DNA of 64,000 nt, from positions 1 to 64,000 of IMG/VR virus record IMGVR_UViG_3300021256_000008, one strand, 5' to 3'. Under the pieces are notes generated by a model. The model ran no database searches. It worked only from the letters and a program-made list of their open reading frames with translations, and was not told where the DNA came from. A program made the position numbers and the translations under genes. The stretch is from a virus. Lineage: Duplodnaviria; Caudoviricetes. Below are positions 34,449 to 44,886 of the stretch, one piece after another (positions within the stretch are counted from its first letter, which is position 1; the number at the start of each line of letters is the position of its first letter).

Positions 34449-36464
34449 TTATGCAACTTCCTCTTCGAGAACGATGAAGGAGTACAGACGAGTGGTCGCA
34501 CCGGAAACGCGGGTCTCGATCAGAGACTTCAGCTGGTTGAAGTCAATGTCAAAGTCGGTGAAATGAGTAATTTCGCCGCCCTTGGTGGAACCGATGTTAT
34601 AATCATTCAGGTTACCGATGATAGCAAGCAGACGATAGGTCTTTGCACTTGCGCCTTCGCCAACGGTACGGGTCAGATTCTCGAATTCGGGAACGTTGTA
34701 AACGCCGTTGACGCCGAGCGTAGAGGTGAGTTCAGCCTTATCCTTGTACAGACGACGACCGTTCAGATCCTTCGCGAGCTGAATCTTATTGAAGAAACGC
34801 TGAGCGCAGAACATATCCATGTTGCCAGAACCACGATAATCGATCATAGCATCAAGGATGGTCTCCTCGACGGCCTGAGCATACACATAGTTCGCACCAA
34901 AGCCCGGATCATTCTCTGCGGCGGTAGCAGAAACAACCTTACGAATGGTGTAAACGCCGTTGTCGGTCCAGATAGGACGAATGCGATCTTCAAAGATCTT
35001 ATCGTCGTCGTTGAGAGCACGACCATCGCCGATCAGGATAGCACGAGCAAGTTCCTTCTCGAGCTGCATACGGTCAATGCCGTACTGATAAGTGACATAA
35101 TCGAAGTCGGTAATATCAACAACGTCATCACGGTTCAGGGCACTCTTGGCATAGATAGTCTGAGGCTCGGTGGTACGCTTCACAACTGCATAGTTCTCAA
35201 GCAGCGTCTTAGCCTTACCCTTCTGATAGCCCTTTGCACGGAGACCGTCGACCTCACGAATATCAACATAAGAAGTGCGAACACGGCTAAACGGGCTACG
35301 ATGGACCTTGTTAAGAACAGTCTTAACCCAAGCCTGATCGTTGGTAACGAGCTCCGGAGCGCCCGGGCGAACATCATGCCACTCGGGGAACAGGGCATCC
35401 ACACCGGCCGGAGTCTGGCCGGAGGGATAAGAGGTGAAGCCACTGACCGGAGCCAGATCGTCATGGCTCAGAGAATTCTGTTCGGCATAGGCATTGAGGG
35501 CCTCTTTGAAGCTGCCATACTTTTTCGCAACGTCAATAATATGCCCCTGATCCTCATGAGAAATATAGTTGGTCGGACGGGCGGCATCAGTGTCTGCAAA
35601 AGCGTTAAAATTCATGTTATCTCCTCCAATATCATCATGTTCGACATTATCGTCGTCACTGTCTTTGCCTTCAGCTGCCTTAGCAACAAGGAACTGAAGG
35701 ACCTTCATCTGCTTAGAATTCATAGTGTTCAGAACATCCTGAACAGTTTCATCTCCATTATCTTCGTCGTCGGCATGCTCGAGAACTTCACCTTCGTCGG
35801 GGTCGTTGAGATCATCGTGCTCAACTTTGTTCTCTGCCGCCGCCTGAGCGACAATAAAAGAGACGACTTTACGCTGCTTATCGGTCAGGGTGTCAAGAAC
35901 ATCCTGAACGGTTTCGTTATCGTCCATGTCTTTTTCTCCTTTTTCATTCTTGTCGTTATCATCATCGTCGTCGTCAGAATCTGCATGAGCAAGTTCCGGC
36001 GGATAATCATCGCCGACATAAATATAAGCTTCATCCATGAGCGTCTCGCAGTCGTCACCGTGAACGACAACGGGGTAGACAATCTGAGCACCCATATTGG
36101 CTCCGGCAAGCACAAGGCTTACTTCCTTAATTGAACCGTGGAGAACATCTCCGCCCTGCTGCTGCAGCTGATTGGCCCAAATAGAAAGTGAAGTAATATC
36201 ACCGTGAGCAATATCGATCTTTGCAGATTTCGCCAGATCGCTGTCATTGAGATACCCATAAAAGAAAACGCCCTCAGGTCTGTTCTCAAGATATCCATGT
36301 CCGAGAACTGCCTCAGGGCTGTCGTGATTGTGTCCCCATACAATTGGGACCCGCTGTCCGTCCTGGTGGGCGAACGCATCGCGTCTGATCGTGCGGCCGT
36401 CAGAACACCGAATATCGTTTCTGGTGGCCCAGCCGCAGAAATCATAGCCTTTGTACTTAGCCAT
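34449..36464 (-). CDS. Prohead protease-scaffold-major capsid fusion (HK97 fold)
   Basis: N-terminal HK97-type protease (VPIVWGHNH...SLSIWAN...EVSLVLAGAN), acidic scaffold with duplicated ETVQDVL.T...KQ helix, capsid domain. Confidence 0.9.
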   Translation of the reverse strand: MAKYKGYDFCGWATRNDIRCSDGRTIRRDAFAHQDGQRVPIVWGHNHDSPEAVLGHGYLENRPEGVFFYGYLNDSDLAKSAKIDIAHGDITSLSIWANQLQQQGGDVLHGSIKEVSLVLAGANMGAQIVYPVVVHGDDCETLMDEAYIYVGDDYPPELAHADSDDDDDDNDKNEKGEKDMDDNETVQDVLDTLTDKQRKVVSFIVAQAAAENKVEHDDLNDPDEGEVLEHADDEDNGDETVQDVLNTMNSKQMKVLQFLVAKAAEGKDSDDDNVEHDDIGGDNMNFNAFADTDAARPTNYISHEDQGHIIDVAKKYGSFKEALNAYAEQNSLSHDDLAPVSGFTSYPSGQTPAGVDALFPEWHDVRPGAPELVTNDQAWVKTVLNKVHRSPFSRVRTSYVDIREVDGLRAKGYQKGKAKTLLENYAVVKRTTEPQTIYAKSALNRDDVVDITDFDYVTYQYGIDRMQLEKELARAILIGDGRALNDDDKIFEDRIRPIWTDNGVYTIRKVVSATAAENDPGFGANYVYAQAVEETILDAMIDYRGSGNMDMFCAQRFFNKIQLAKDLNGRRLYKDKAELTSTLGVNGVYNVPEFENLTRTVGEGASAKTYRLLAIIGNLNDYNIGSTKGGEITHFTDFDIDFNQLKSLIETRVSGATTRLYSFIVLEEEVA

Positions 36465-36573
36465 TCATCATGACCTCCTATAGTATCGATAAACTTCCAT
36501 TTTGATTTTGTTCCGCGTCATCGTTTTCATGTTCCGCATACTAGAAGTCGAAAATTGGAAGCTTCTCTATAAT

Positions 36574-37980
36574 TTAAAATTCTCCCTGACTAAAACGTCT
36601 GAGTCGTGCCAGGGCATCGTCCGGCGGAAGTCCTTCTGTTCCGGCACTGTTACCGCTTTGAATATTCTGAAGCCGGGTTATGGCGTCGCCTTCCGGTATT
36701 TCAGTTTCTTCATCCATCGAATTTTCTACTGTTTCGTCGGCAGGAACGTCTGCGCCTGTCGCGCTCGGATTCACCTGCATGTCAATCGGCATATTCGGGT
36801 TCATCAGCATATCGGCGCCTTCCTGATCGGAGGGTTTAAAGCCGAGGATACCGCGCATCTCATTCGACGCCAGAATCTGATTTCGTATGAGCGTATCTCC
36901 GAGCTTCGCAACTTCGGTCGGAGGAACGACTCGGAACGCATTATAAAACGCCATCATACGGTGCCCTTGAGTATAAGCCCACTGACTCAACCACTTTCGG
37001 TTAATTCCGTCCGTAAGTGTAGTAACCAGAGGCTCAATCATTTTCATGACATAATTGATAAGCATCTGTTCATTTGCTGTATTATTCAGAATTTCTGGAG
37101 CCATACCAAGCTGATCATGAAGTTGTTTAGTCAGCGTATCGATTTGAGACTGAAGATTGTTTTCAAGCGGCCGCCCAAGCTGGATCACCTTTTCAGAAGC
37201 GTCTATATAACCAATCCCATAACGCGAACCGGTTAATTGCTCTTCCAAATCACGCGTTCGTTCTCTGGCGCGTTCTTTCTGTGTATCATGACGGGTAGAA
37301 TATGGAAGCTGAATGATCATGTCCAGCTTTCCGGATGCCGTCTTTTCATCCAACTGGTCAAGAATAGCGAGTTTTCGGCGCAGTCTCTGCATCAAAGAGT
37401 TTGGAGCATTCATAATATCCCAGAAAGGATTTTGAATGATGACACACAACTGCTTTGGAAAACTTATCTGTTCTTTCTGACCGGTCACGTCGTTATATAG
37501 CTCAACATCAATTGCGAATGGATGCCAGCCAATAATTTTTCCGACGCGCGCTGTTTTAACCGTTGTGACACTGAGCGTAGCCCAATTGATGTCTGCAATA
37601 ATTGGACAGATTGCAATATAACCTTCATCAAGAAGCGACGCATAAATATCTTGCTTGAACTCTCGACCAGACTGATCAAGGTTTGCTTCTCGAATAAAAA
37701 GACTATTAAGCTCATCCTTAACGTCGCTTTTATAGCGATCAGATTCATCAAGTTTAACATGACGAATATCAATTGCTGCTGCATCAACGGCCATACGATT
37801 TAAAATAGGCGCAATAATAGACCGTTCGCCACCGGCTCTTGGCCTTCGACGATCCGGCCTATAGGAAGATGCGTAACTGTAATATGTTACTTCGCGCGGA
37901 CCCGTTGTAGTCGGATCCCGATTTCGAAAGGCGTTCCAAGCCTTTTGAATTCGTTCACCCAATGAGGGCAATGGAATCAC
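36574..37980 (-). CDS. Portal protein
   Basis: EANLDQSGREF...LDMIIQLPY...QLGRPLENNL; 468 aa upstream of protease/capsid. Confidence 0.88.
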   Translation of the reverse strand: MIPLPSLGERIQKAWNAFRNRDPTTTGPREVTYYSYASSYRPDRRRPRAGGERSIIAPILNRMAVDAAAIDIRHVKLDESDRYKSDVKDELNSLFIREANLDQSGREFKQDIYASLLDEGYIAICPIIADINWATLSVTTVKTARVGKIIGWHPFAIDVELYNDVTGQKEQISFPKQLCVIIQNPFWDIMNAPNSLMQRLRRKLAILDQLDEKTASGKLDMIIQLPYSTRHDTQKERARERTRDLEEQLTGSRYGIGYIDASEKVIQLGRPLENNLQSQIDTLTKQLHDQLGMAPEILNNTANEQMLINYVMKMIEPLVTTLTDGINRKWLSQWAYTQGHRMMAFYNAFRVVPPTEVAKLGDTLIRNQILASNEMRGILGFKPSDQEGADMLMNPNMPIDMQVNPSATGADVPADETVENSMDEETEIPEGDAITRLQNIQSGNSAGTEGLPPDDALARLRRFSQGEF

Positions 37981-37989
37981 CTCCGAAGT

Positions 37990-39024
37990 TTATGATTTCT
38001 TAGATTTCAGAAGAGGACCAAACAGATTGGAAAGCTCTTCACCGGACATATTCGACAGAAACTCCCATTCTTCCATTTCGTCGTGCATTCCATCGACGAT
38101 GTTCTGTGCTGTCCACATCTGATACTGTGTATATTCCCCGTTTTTGTATCCCTGCTCAATTTCTTTAAGCGCGTCTTCGGCTTCCTTGATCACCTGCTGG
38201 GCCTGCTGTTTTCCGTTATCCGCCCACTCCTTCAGTTTATCCGGGGAAGACGGAATTTCAGTTGCATAGCTTCCGAGCATGGATCTGGTTTCGCTATTGG
38301 AATTAGAAGGAGAGCCGTTATGGTCTTTCAGTTTCTGCTGAATTTCTTCCTTGGCCTTTCTTGCTGTTTCTTTAGCATTGGATGCTACTTCAGATGCTTT
38401 TTCCTTAACATCATCTGCCGCATTTTCAACAGCTTCTCCTGCCTCGGCGACCTTTCGTCTTGCCATCTCGGCTTTCATGCCGGCTGGGTGCTTCTGAAGC
38501 TCGGACCAGGCCTTTTTCATGCGATCTTTAGAAGCCTCGCTGAAGTTTTCATCGGAAGCCTGTTTTCCGGCGTCCTGATACTCCTTATATGCTCTGGCGG
38601 AAGCCTTGGCTTCATTAACCGCACCCGAAGCCTTATTCTTAAACTCGTTCCCGATCTGTTCGGCACGGGTCCTGGCTTTGGAAGCTTTTTCCTGCGCTTC
38701 GCCCATTCCGGCTCTGGCCTTTTCCTTAGCTTTATTCACCGTTTGCTGAGCGGCAGCTTTCTTTTCAGCCAGATACGCCTTAAGCTCTTCCTGCGTATAG
38801 AAATATCTGGTACGCCCATTCTCTTCAATCTTCTGAATGTACTTATGGGTGGTTCTTACGCCCCTGCCGACACCCTGCTTTACAGCGCCAGCTGCTGAAC
38901 CGACTGCAGATCGTGCAGTTCTTAAGGCTCCGCTTGTGCGCTGTCTTATATCGGAAAGCGATGCATGCGCAATGTAAGGACTTCCATTTTGATCGAACAG
39001 TAGAATGTAATCGTCTTCATTCAT
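37990..39024 (-). CDS. Lys/Ala/Glu-rich helical protein with IAH leader; candidate internal virion protein
   Basis: MNEDDYILLFDQNGSPYIAH; HKYIQKIEENGRTRYFY shared with 39098..39910. Confidence 0.75.
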   Translation of the reverse strand: MNEDDYILLFDQNGSPYIAHASLSDIRQRTSGALRTARSAVGSAAGAVKQGVGRGVRTTHKYIQKIEENGRTRYFYTQEELKAYLAEKKAAAQQTVNKAKEKARAGMGEAQEKASKARTRAEQIGNEFKNKASGAVNEAKASARAYKEYQDAGKQASDENFSEASKDRMKKAWSELQKHPAGMKAEMARRKVAEAGEAVENAADDVKEKASEVASNAKETARKAKEEIQQKLKDHNGSPSNSNSETRSMLGSYATEIPSSPDKLKEWADNGKQQAQQVIKEAEDALKEIEQGYKNGEYTQYQMWTAQNIVDGMHDEMEEWEFLSNMSGEELSNLFGPLLKSKKS

Positions 39025-39097
39025 TCCTTACTTTCACTCTCCTTTCTGTTATGTAATGCTAACATCGGAGTCATCCTCCATTTGTTATAAATAGAAA

Positions 39098-39910
39098 CTA
39101 GTTCTTCTTGAAATGCTCATTAAGTTCCGAAATAAGAGCATCCTTATACTTGTTCACAAAGCTAGTGACATGCTCTTTTTTCTCATCGGTAACTTCTTTC
39201 AGTGCAATCTGCGCAAAATCGCCGGTCTCTTTAAAAAACGTCTTTGCGGCTTCTCTTTTCTCACGCTTGGCCTTCTTGACTGCCTCACTAGATGCATTCA
39301 AATCCCGCTTGGCATTAGCCTTTTCGAACTTAATCGGCGGAACCGCTTCAAAAGCACCAACGTGCATCGCCAGAGCCTGTAAGCCAACGTTTTTCATGTA
39401 TTCCTTGAAATTATCTTTTTTGGCTTTCCGAGCACGTTTTGCTTCGGCCTGCTTTTTCTTATAATCTGCAAGTGCCTCAACTGCCTCAGCATACTCCCGT
39501 TCCTTCTGATTCTTTGGAGCAAAGCCAGTTCCGCCGGTCACAGGAGTAGAGCTATTAAGCCCGTCTCCGCGTTTATAGACGCTTCCTTCTTTCGATTTAC
39601 CGGTCACTTTCTTAGAATGTCCGACAGGACGCCTGCCTGGAGTGGTAACGGTGCCTCTTCTGAATTTATCAGATCCTTTACCTTCATAAATGCCGCCGTT
39701 TTCCGAAACTGATCTGGTACCTGCACTTCGATTACGCTGATAGGCATCCCATTCCTGCTTACTGTAGAAATAGCGTGTTTTCAGACCGTTCTTTATTTTC
39801 TCATAGTACTTATGATCTTTCTTACTTTCATTTTGATTCTGTCTACGAAAGAAGGCATGAGAAATGTAAGGATGACCGGATTCATCAAAACTCACAATAT
39901 AGTCTGACAT
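39098..39910 (-). CDS. Basic protein with ISH leader; candidate internal virion protein
   Basis: MSDYIVSFDESGHPYISH; HKYYEKIKNGLKTRYFY. Confidence 0.75.
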   Translation of the reverse strand: MSDYIVSFDESGHPYISHAFFRRQNQNESKKDHKYYEKIKNGLKTRYFYSKQEWDAYQRNRSAGTRSVSENGGIYEGKGSDKFRRGTVTTPGRRPVGHSKKVTGKSKEGSVYKRGDGLNSSTPVTGGTGFAPKNQKEREYAEAVEALADYKKKQAEAKRARKAKKDNFKEYMKNVGLQALAMHVGAFEAVPPIKFEKANAKRDLNASSEAVKKAKREKREAAKTFFKETGDFAQIALKEVTDEKKEHVTSFVNKYKDALISELNEHFKKN

Positions 39911-39926
39911 ATCTCTTCACCAGTTC

Positions 39927-40373
39927 TCAAAGATGTCTTAGATACATCTGATTAGTGGTACGTGAAACGCGATTCATAAATTCCTGACCGGCTGTAATGA
40001 TACTCGGATCCAGAGTTACAACACTCTGTTTGCCGAATTCCTTCTCCATTTGCTGTACCCATCTGGCGCCTTTTTGTGCTGTTTTAACGGCACGTGCTGA
40101 CTGCACTCTAGACTTCGCGTACTGCTTTTGAGCGTAATTCGGAGACCGGAATAAAACTCTGGAATCCGCTGCTGCGCCTTTTGCCATACGCTTACGGGCC
40201 TTCTCGTCGTGCTTTTCGATCTTTCTCTGGAACTTTCCGACTTTCTTGGCGGCTTTCTCATAAGCCCGCTGAGGATTATGCCGAACGCCCCATTTCATAC
40301 CGAGAACACCGTAATGAGCGAGACTTGGAGAGCCGTTTTCATCATAGGATACAATGTAATCGGACATAATCAA
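39927..40373 (-). CDS. LAH-YG.LGMKWGVR family protein; candidate internal virion protein
   Basis: MSDYIVSYDENGSPSLAHYGVLGMKWGVRHNP. Confidence 0.8.
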   Translation of the reverse strand: MIMSDYIVSYDENGSPSLAHYGVLGMKWGVRHNPQRAYEKAAKKVGKFQRKIEKHDEKARKRMAKGAAADSRVLFRSPNYAQKQYAKSRVQSARAVKTAQKGARWVQQMEKEFGKQSVVTLDPSIITAGQEFMNRVSRTTNQMYLRHL

Positions 40374-40921
40374 TGCTCCCTTCGAACTGTATACTTCTTT
40401 CCTGTAACAAATCCGGAAGCATCCGGTTGGTTGTATTTAGTGGCCTGATACGCATTAATGCTGTTATACGCCAGATTACCCGGAATACCCGCAAGGGCAT
40501 GGGCCAATGCCGTTTCACCAGCAGTTACAAAACGGTTGTATTCCTTGCTGTTAATTGTCATCCCTTTATTGCTTGCATCAGAAAGAATCTTACTTACAAG
40601 CTTTTCGCCGGAACGAATAGCGTCGTCATATTCCTTGGCTTTTGCGGTATGCTCTTCATACTTATCGTCTTTACTCTTCTGATAAGCTTTTTCAGCTTTG
40701 ATCTTTTCTTTTGCGCTTTTGTAACGAAGGCGAGCATTTTCGGATTCGATCTTATTCAGGCTTCTCTGTGTACTACTCGCGCTGTCTGAATTATACCGTT
40801 TCTTTCCGGCATCGGTTAACGTACCGTCCTCATTTTGATACCGCCGGACGCCCCATTTCTGTCCTTTGATACCATGGTGAGCGAGGTAATCGTTTTCATA
40901 ATAATCCATAAAGTCGCTCAT
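40370..40921 (-). CDS. LAH-HGIKGQKWGVRRYQN family protein; candidate internal virion protein
   Basis: ENDYLAHHGIKGQKWGVRRYQNEDGTLTDAGKKRY. Confidence 0.8.
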   Translation of the reverse strand: MSDFMDYYENDYLAHHGIKGQKWGVRRYQNEDGTLTDAGKKRYNSDSASSTQRSLNKIESENARLRYKSAKEKIKAEKAYQKSKDDKYEEHTAKAKEYDDAIRSGEKLVSKILSDASNKGMTINSKEYNRFVTAGETALAHALAGIPGNLAYNSINAYQATKYNQPDASGFVTGKKYTVRREH

Positions 40922-40935
40922 GGTTATCACCTCAT

Positions 40936-42681
40936 TTATTCAAACATGTCCCTGTTGATCCTATAGGCAACATAGGCATCGAGCATCGCAGAGACATTAT
41001 CGATCTTCTCTTCGCGATGCTTCTTTCTTAATTTTCTGTTTCCATTAGTATCTTCCTGGGCAACACAATGGCCCATACAGAACTGCATAATATCTTCGTC
41101 AAAAATAAGTTCACGGCGTTCCGCAAGAACCTTCAGTTCACCAAGCGGAACTGACTCGGTCTTTACACCCTGAGGAACTTTTTCAATTCCGTATGGTCCG
41201 TTATCGATCTCCCAACGATTGATAAACACCGGCGCATTATATGGGTCGTATCCAACGCACATGACGTTATAGCGCTTATCGTTAATAAACTGATAGAGAT
41301 CTTCATAAACCATACCGATATCAAGAACGGTGGAGTCCATAATAACAAGACTACCTTCACGAAGGAACTTTTCATATTCCTGTCGAAGTGCTCTCGGAAG
41401 CTTTTGGAACGTATAGGACGTAATATAGCTTCGCGCCTTAACTCCAAAGCCTCTTCCCGGAATCGGGAACAGAAATGTAAAAGCACAAAAGTCGTCACCG
41501 AGCGAAAGGTCAGCACCCATCGAGCAGCTCATACCATCGAAGTACTGGCGGTGATGCGGCTTGGTTTCTTCATAAGTAAAGAAATACGTGTAACCTTCAC
41601 ATGGGATTCCAAAACGTTTGGCCAGAATATCATTACGGTTAGAAGGGCTCTTTTCAGAACGTTCTTTCTCGAGCTTATAAGTCTCGTACGTTACTGTGTG
41701 ACCAAGATTCGGGTTGGCCTTCAGCCACATATTCGGATTCTCGAGTTCCGTAAGATCGTCAAGCTTATACCACCAGATGGACACATGAGGATTGTAGTAA
41801 TCGCCCTTTAAGATGTCCATCAGTTCCATTTTGATTGTATCGCCAGGCCCATTTCGAACGGTTCCTTCCGATGATGTCGCAACAATTAGCCAATCGTCAA
41901 CTTTGGCCGCTCCCTGTTCAAGAGCGCCAACGACATCTTCGTTTACAACTCCGGAAAGCCATTCGTCAACGGTTGAGTATTTGCATCTTGCGCCCTGAAG
42001 CTTATCAATGCGCATAGGACGCGACTCGATAATGGACTGAGTTTCGAAGTTTTCAATACCCTTCTTGGTGGCTGCAATCTTGACACGATCCGCTTTCTTC
42101 CCGGTCGTATTCTGGAGCGATCCTTCTGTCATGAACTGAAGAACCGGGCCTCTTGCTCTGGCTATCGCGATCTTAAGAGGCAACAGCGTTTCTTCGGATT
42201 GGCGTATCGTAGGTGCCGTGATTATTTGGTCAGTAGATTCTTCGTCCATGATCAGACCATACGCTTGAATACATGTGCAGTATAGACTTTTTGCTGCGCC
42301 ACGACCGACAATCAGATACTGCTTATTACGCAACCGCTTCTTAATGTACCGCGTCTCCAGATGAACTCCGGGACCGTAGCTGTTCGGCACCCAGACATCT
42401 CGCCGGATGAAATAGAACCAAGAATAAATATCCTCGGCCCATAATTTAAATGAGTCGAGGAGTCTAAGGTCTCCGCCGTCCGTAAGGGTTAGTTCCGATT
42501 CACAAAAGTTGATCCAACCGTCCATGACCGTATCGTCATAGTAGCAGCGCGGATCGGCGATAAGACCGTCTATAATGTTCATTTGAAGAGCGACTTCCCG
42601 ATTCACCGGAATCTCTCTTCTTAGTACGGCGTCTCGAAAAGCGCCGTAATATTTTGGTACAGCGGTGTTCGATAACGCCAT
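40936..42681 (-). CDS. terL: Terminase large subunit
   Basis: YLIVGRGAAKS Walker A, TVDEW Walker B, GADLS..DDF and KIDNVSAMLDA nuclease motifs. Confidence 0.93.
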   Translation of the reverse strand: MALSNTAVPKYYGAFRDAVLRREIPVNREVALQMNIIDGLIADPRCYYDDTVMDGWINFCESELTLTDGGDLRLLDSFKLWAEDIYSWFYFIRRDVWVPNSYGPGVHLETRYIKKRLRNKQYLIVGRGAAKSLYCTCIQAYGLIMDEESTDQIITAPTIRQSEETLLPLKIAIARARGPVLQFMTEGSLQNTTGKKADRVKIAATKKGIENFETQSIIESRPMRIDKLQGARCKYSTVDEWLSGVVNEDVVGALEQGAAKVDDWLIVATSSEGTVRNGPGDTIKMELMDILKGDYYNPHVSIWWYKLDDLTELENPNMWLKANPNLGHTVTYETYKLEKERSEKSPSNRNDILAKRFGIPCEGYTYFFTYEETKPHHRQYFDGMSCSMGADLSLGDDFCAFTFLFPIPGRGFGVKARSYITSYTFQKLPRALRQEYEKFLREGSLVIMDSTVLDIGMVYEDLYQFINDKRYNVMCVGYDPYNAPVFINRWEIDNGPYGIEKVPQGVKTESVPLGELKVLAERRELIFDEDIMQFCMGHCVAQEDTNGNRKLRKKHREEKIDNVSAMLDAYVAYRINRDMFE

Positions 42682-42700
42682 TTTGAATTTTGCTCCTTAA

Positions 42701-44200
42701 TTAATCAATTTGCCAAACATAACGAATGTTTTTACGATTCTCAGGAGTGTCCTCAAAACCAAGATCTTTAAGAACAACACTATCTAGATTTTCTTCTGCT
42801 TTGTCATAAGCTTCTCTTGCTTTTTTCATTGCAGGATCGTTATTGAGTTGACGAACTCCTTCTAAAAAGTTGTTATCAAGATCGTATTTTTTGTATAGAC
42901 TTTCATTGACGTTTTCTAGTTCGTCCCATTTGTCCTTAAGATCGGCAAGCGCCCTTTCATGATCTTTGGACACCGAACGACTGTCGTACCAATTGCCGCT
43001 TTTTTCATTATAAGCTTTAGAAATCGCAATATACTTTCCGATATCAGCATCAGAAGGGTTTTCGCCAGTTGCCGATTTCAAATAGTCTTCCTGAGCCCTC
43101 GCACGCTCGTCACGGTCTTTAATATTAGACATGCGATCAAGTTCGAGTTCGCCGTCTTTTTCTAATTTATCCCAATATTTTTTATAGATTTCTTTATCCT
43201 GTTTGGAAGCTTTCCACTTTCCGTTGCTTCTTTTTCGGTATACATTTCGAAAGGTTCCGTTACTGGCATACCTGGTTTTTCCTTCTTCGGTCAGTGTCCC
43301 GTCTGCATTCTGGTAGCGTCTTACGCCCCATTTCATACCAAGAATGCCATGATGAGCGAGAAAATCTTCGTCGTCTGAAATATCTTCCACATTAGTTCCG
43401 AGTGCGTCATGTGATACATACCAGTCGGGATCCCGCCCGGTGTACCAGTTTGCGTTTTTCGGAAGATTATCAACAATATCTTGGACAAGGTCTTCGGTTG
43501 ACTTCACTTCCGGAATAGACGAAGCTACTTTCTTATTAAGTACATCAACGGAATTAGACCACTTGACGTATTCGGCGAGTTCATTTGCCGTGAACGCCTT
43601 CTGATTCTTCAGAATATCATCAACTGACATGTTTCGAAGAAGTGCCGCCTTGTCAACTTTCTTCTCTTCCGGTTTTTCACCGATCTTGAGCATTCTCTTA
43701 CCGTTGACTTTTCCGGAGTCAACCAGTACGTTGTTAACTTCGGCCATAAGGTTATACATACCCTTTGCGTTTTCAGCGAGGCCTTTAATCTTGCCGAGAT
43801 TCTGAGAAAACTGCTGCATTTTGTTCCATCCGCGCTGAATTTCAGCATCACGAATATCTTTCAGCGCAGTATCGGTTCTGATCTTATTCGTAAGATCACG
43901 GATCTCATCGTCGGAAAACTCGGTGCGGTACTTATACAGTCTGCTCGGATGTTTACGAACATGCTCTTTCAGAGCTTCATGCTTTTCGGCTTCTGACTCT
44001 TTTGCCTTGGCGGCTTTTTCTTCCTTCAGCTTACTTACTTTATCCTTAATCTTTTCTCGGACTGATTTGTCAGAAATTCCGCGTCTCTGTCGCCCGAGCT
44101 GTGTGAGAGATCCGTCTTCGTTCTGATAACGACGAATTCCCCATTTCTGGCCTTTAATGCCGTGATGGGCCAGATAATCATTGTTGAGTTCAAATTCCAT
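42701..44200 (-). CDS. Protein with two LAH-HGI.G.KWG.RRYQN units; candidate polyprotein
   Basis: Motif at the N-terminus and again after the acidic linker YVSHDALGTNVEDISDDEDFLAH. Confidence 0.8.
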   Translation of the reverse strand: MEFELNNDYLAHHGIKGQKWGIRRYQNEDGSLTQLGRQRRGISDKSVREKIKDKVSKLKEEKAAKAKESEAEKHEALKEHVRKHPSRLYKYRTEFSDDEIRDLTNKIRTDTALKDIRDAEIQRGWNKMQQFSQNLGKIKGLAENAKGMYNLMAEVNNVLVDSGKVNGKRMLKIGEKPEEKKVDKAALLRNMSVDDILKNQKAFTANELAEYVKWSNSVDVLNKKVASSIPEVKSTEDLVQDIVDNLPKNANWYTGRDPDWYVSHDALGTNVEDISDDEDFLAHHGILGMKWGVRRYQNADGTLTEEGKTRYASNGTFRNVYRKRSNGKWKASKQDKEIYKKYWDKLEKDGELELDRMSNIKDRDERARAQEDYLKSATGENPSDADIGKYIAISKAYNEKSGNWYDSRSVSKDHERALADLKDKWDELENVNESLYKKYDLDNNFLEGVRQLNNDPAMKKAREAYDKAEENLDSVVLKDLGFEDTPENRKNIRYVWQID

Positions 44201-44272
44201 TATTTAGCCCTCACTTCCTGCAATATTAAAAAGAGAGCCCTGAGGATTACCGCAAGGCTCTCTCGTTTTTAC

Positions 44273-44872
44273 TTAGTCGTTCATACCGGCGGCACGAATC
44301 ATCGAAATGTACTTCTTGAGTTCCTGCTTCTCGTAATCGGAAGCAGATGTATCAAAGAGCTTTTCGAGACAGGAGACCGCGCGGTCGCTTATGCTGTGAC
44401 GACTGTAGCCGTGACCACGATCGGAGTATTCAGGACCATAGTACGGATCGCCGCAATAGCTGCGGTTCATGAACTCAGAAGGATATCCGGGATAACCTGA
44501 GTAGCCATCGGAATTGCTCTGATACCAGCCATGAACACCATAGTTGGGATTCCCATAGCTTCCGCGATTCATGCTACCATAACTGCGATCCGAGTAGACA
44601 GCCCGCTCAGGCATGCCGTAAGAAGTGATATGATACTGACGGTAAGGTTCGCCGTGCATAGAATATCCACGCTCAGCGTACTCACCTGGTTCTTTCTTCT
44701 CTTCCTCGGCCTTGCACTCCTCTACACGGCAGCAAAGCTCGTCGTACAGATGAAGACCGTCAATGGCGGCTTTGGTTTCGGCAGGAGTGAGGTCATTCTT
44801 CTGCATGAGTTCGTCGAGGCATTTCGCTACGACTTTCTTCATGTTTTCCATGGATTCAGTTTTCAGTTCCAT
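44273..44872 (-). CDS. Tyr/Gly/Ser-rich hypothetical protein (Cys/Gly-rich module)
   Basis: GGAGG RBS; low-complexity YG/YS centre. Confidence 0.75.
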   Translation of the reverse strand: MELKTESMENMKKVVAKCLDELMQKNDLTPAETKAAIDGLHLYDELCCRVEECKAEEEKKEPGEYAERGYSMHGEPYRQYHITSYGMPERAVYSDRSYGSMNRGSYGNPNYGVHGWYQSNSDGYSGYPGYPSEFMNRSYCGDPYYGPEYSDRGHGYSRHSISDRAVSCLEKLFDTSASDYEKQELKKYISMIRAAGMND

Positions 44873-44886
44873 TTTGAATTTCCTCC

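Noticed and set aside
34563-36134. Long plus-strand ORFs (also 19294..19707, 33237..33761, 38083..38898, 27332..27988)
   Set aside because: Antisense shadows of well-supported minus-strand genes, without RBS or recognisable motifs
40936-42681. Introns or inteins in terminase or polymerase
   Set aside because: Both ORFs are continuous, with expected motif spacing and no intein or homing endonuclease motifs seen
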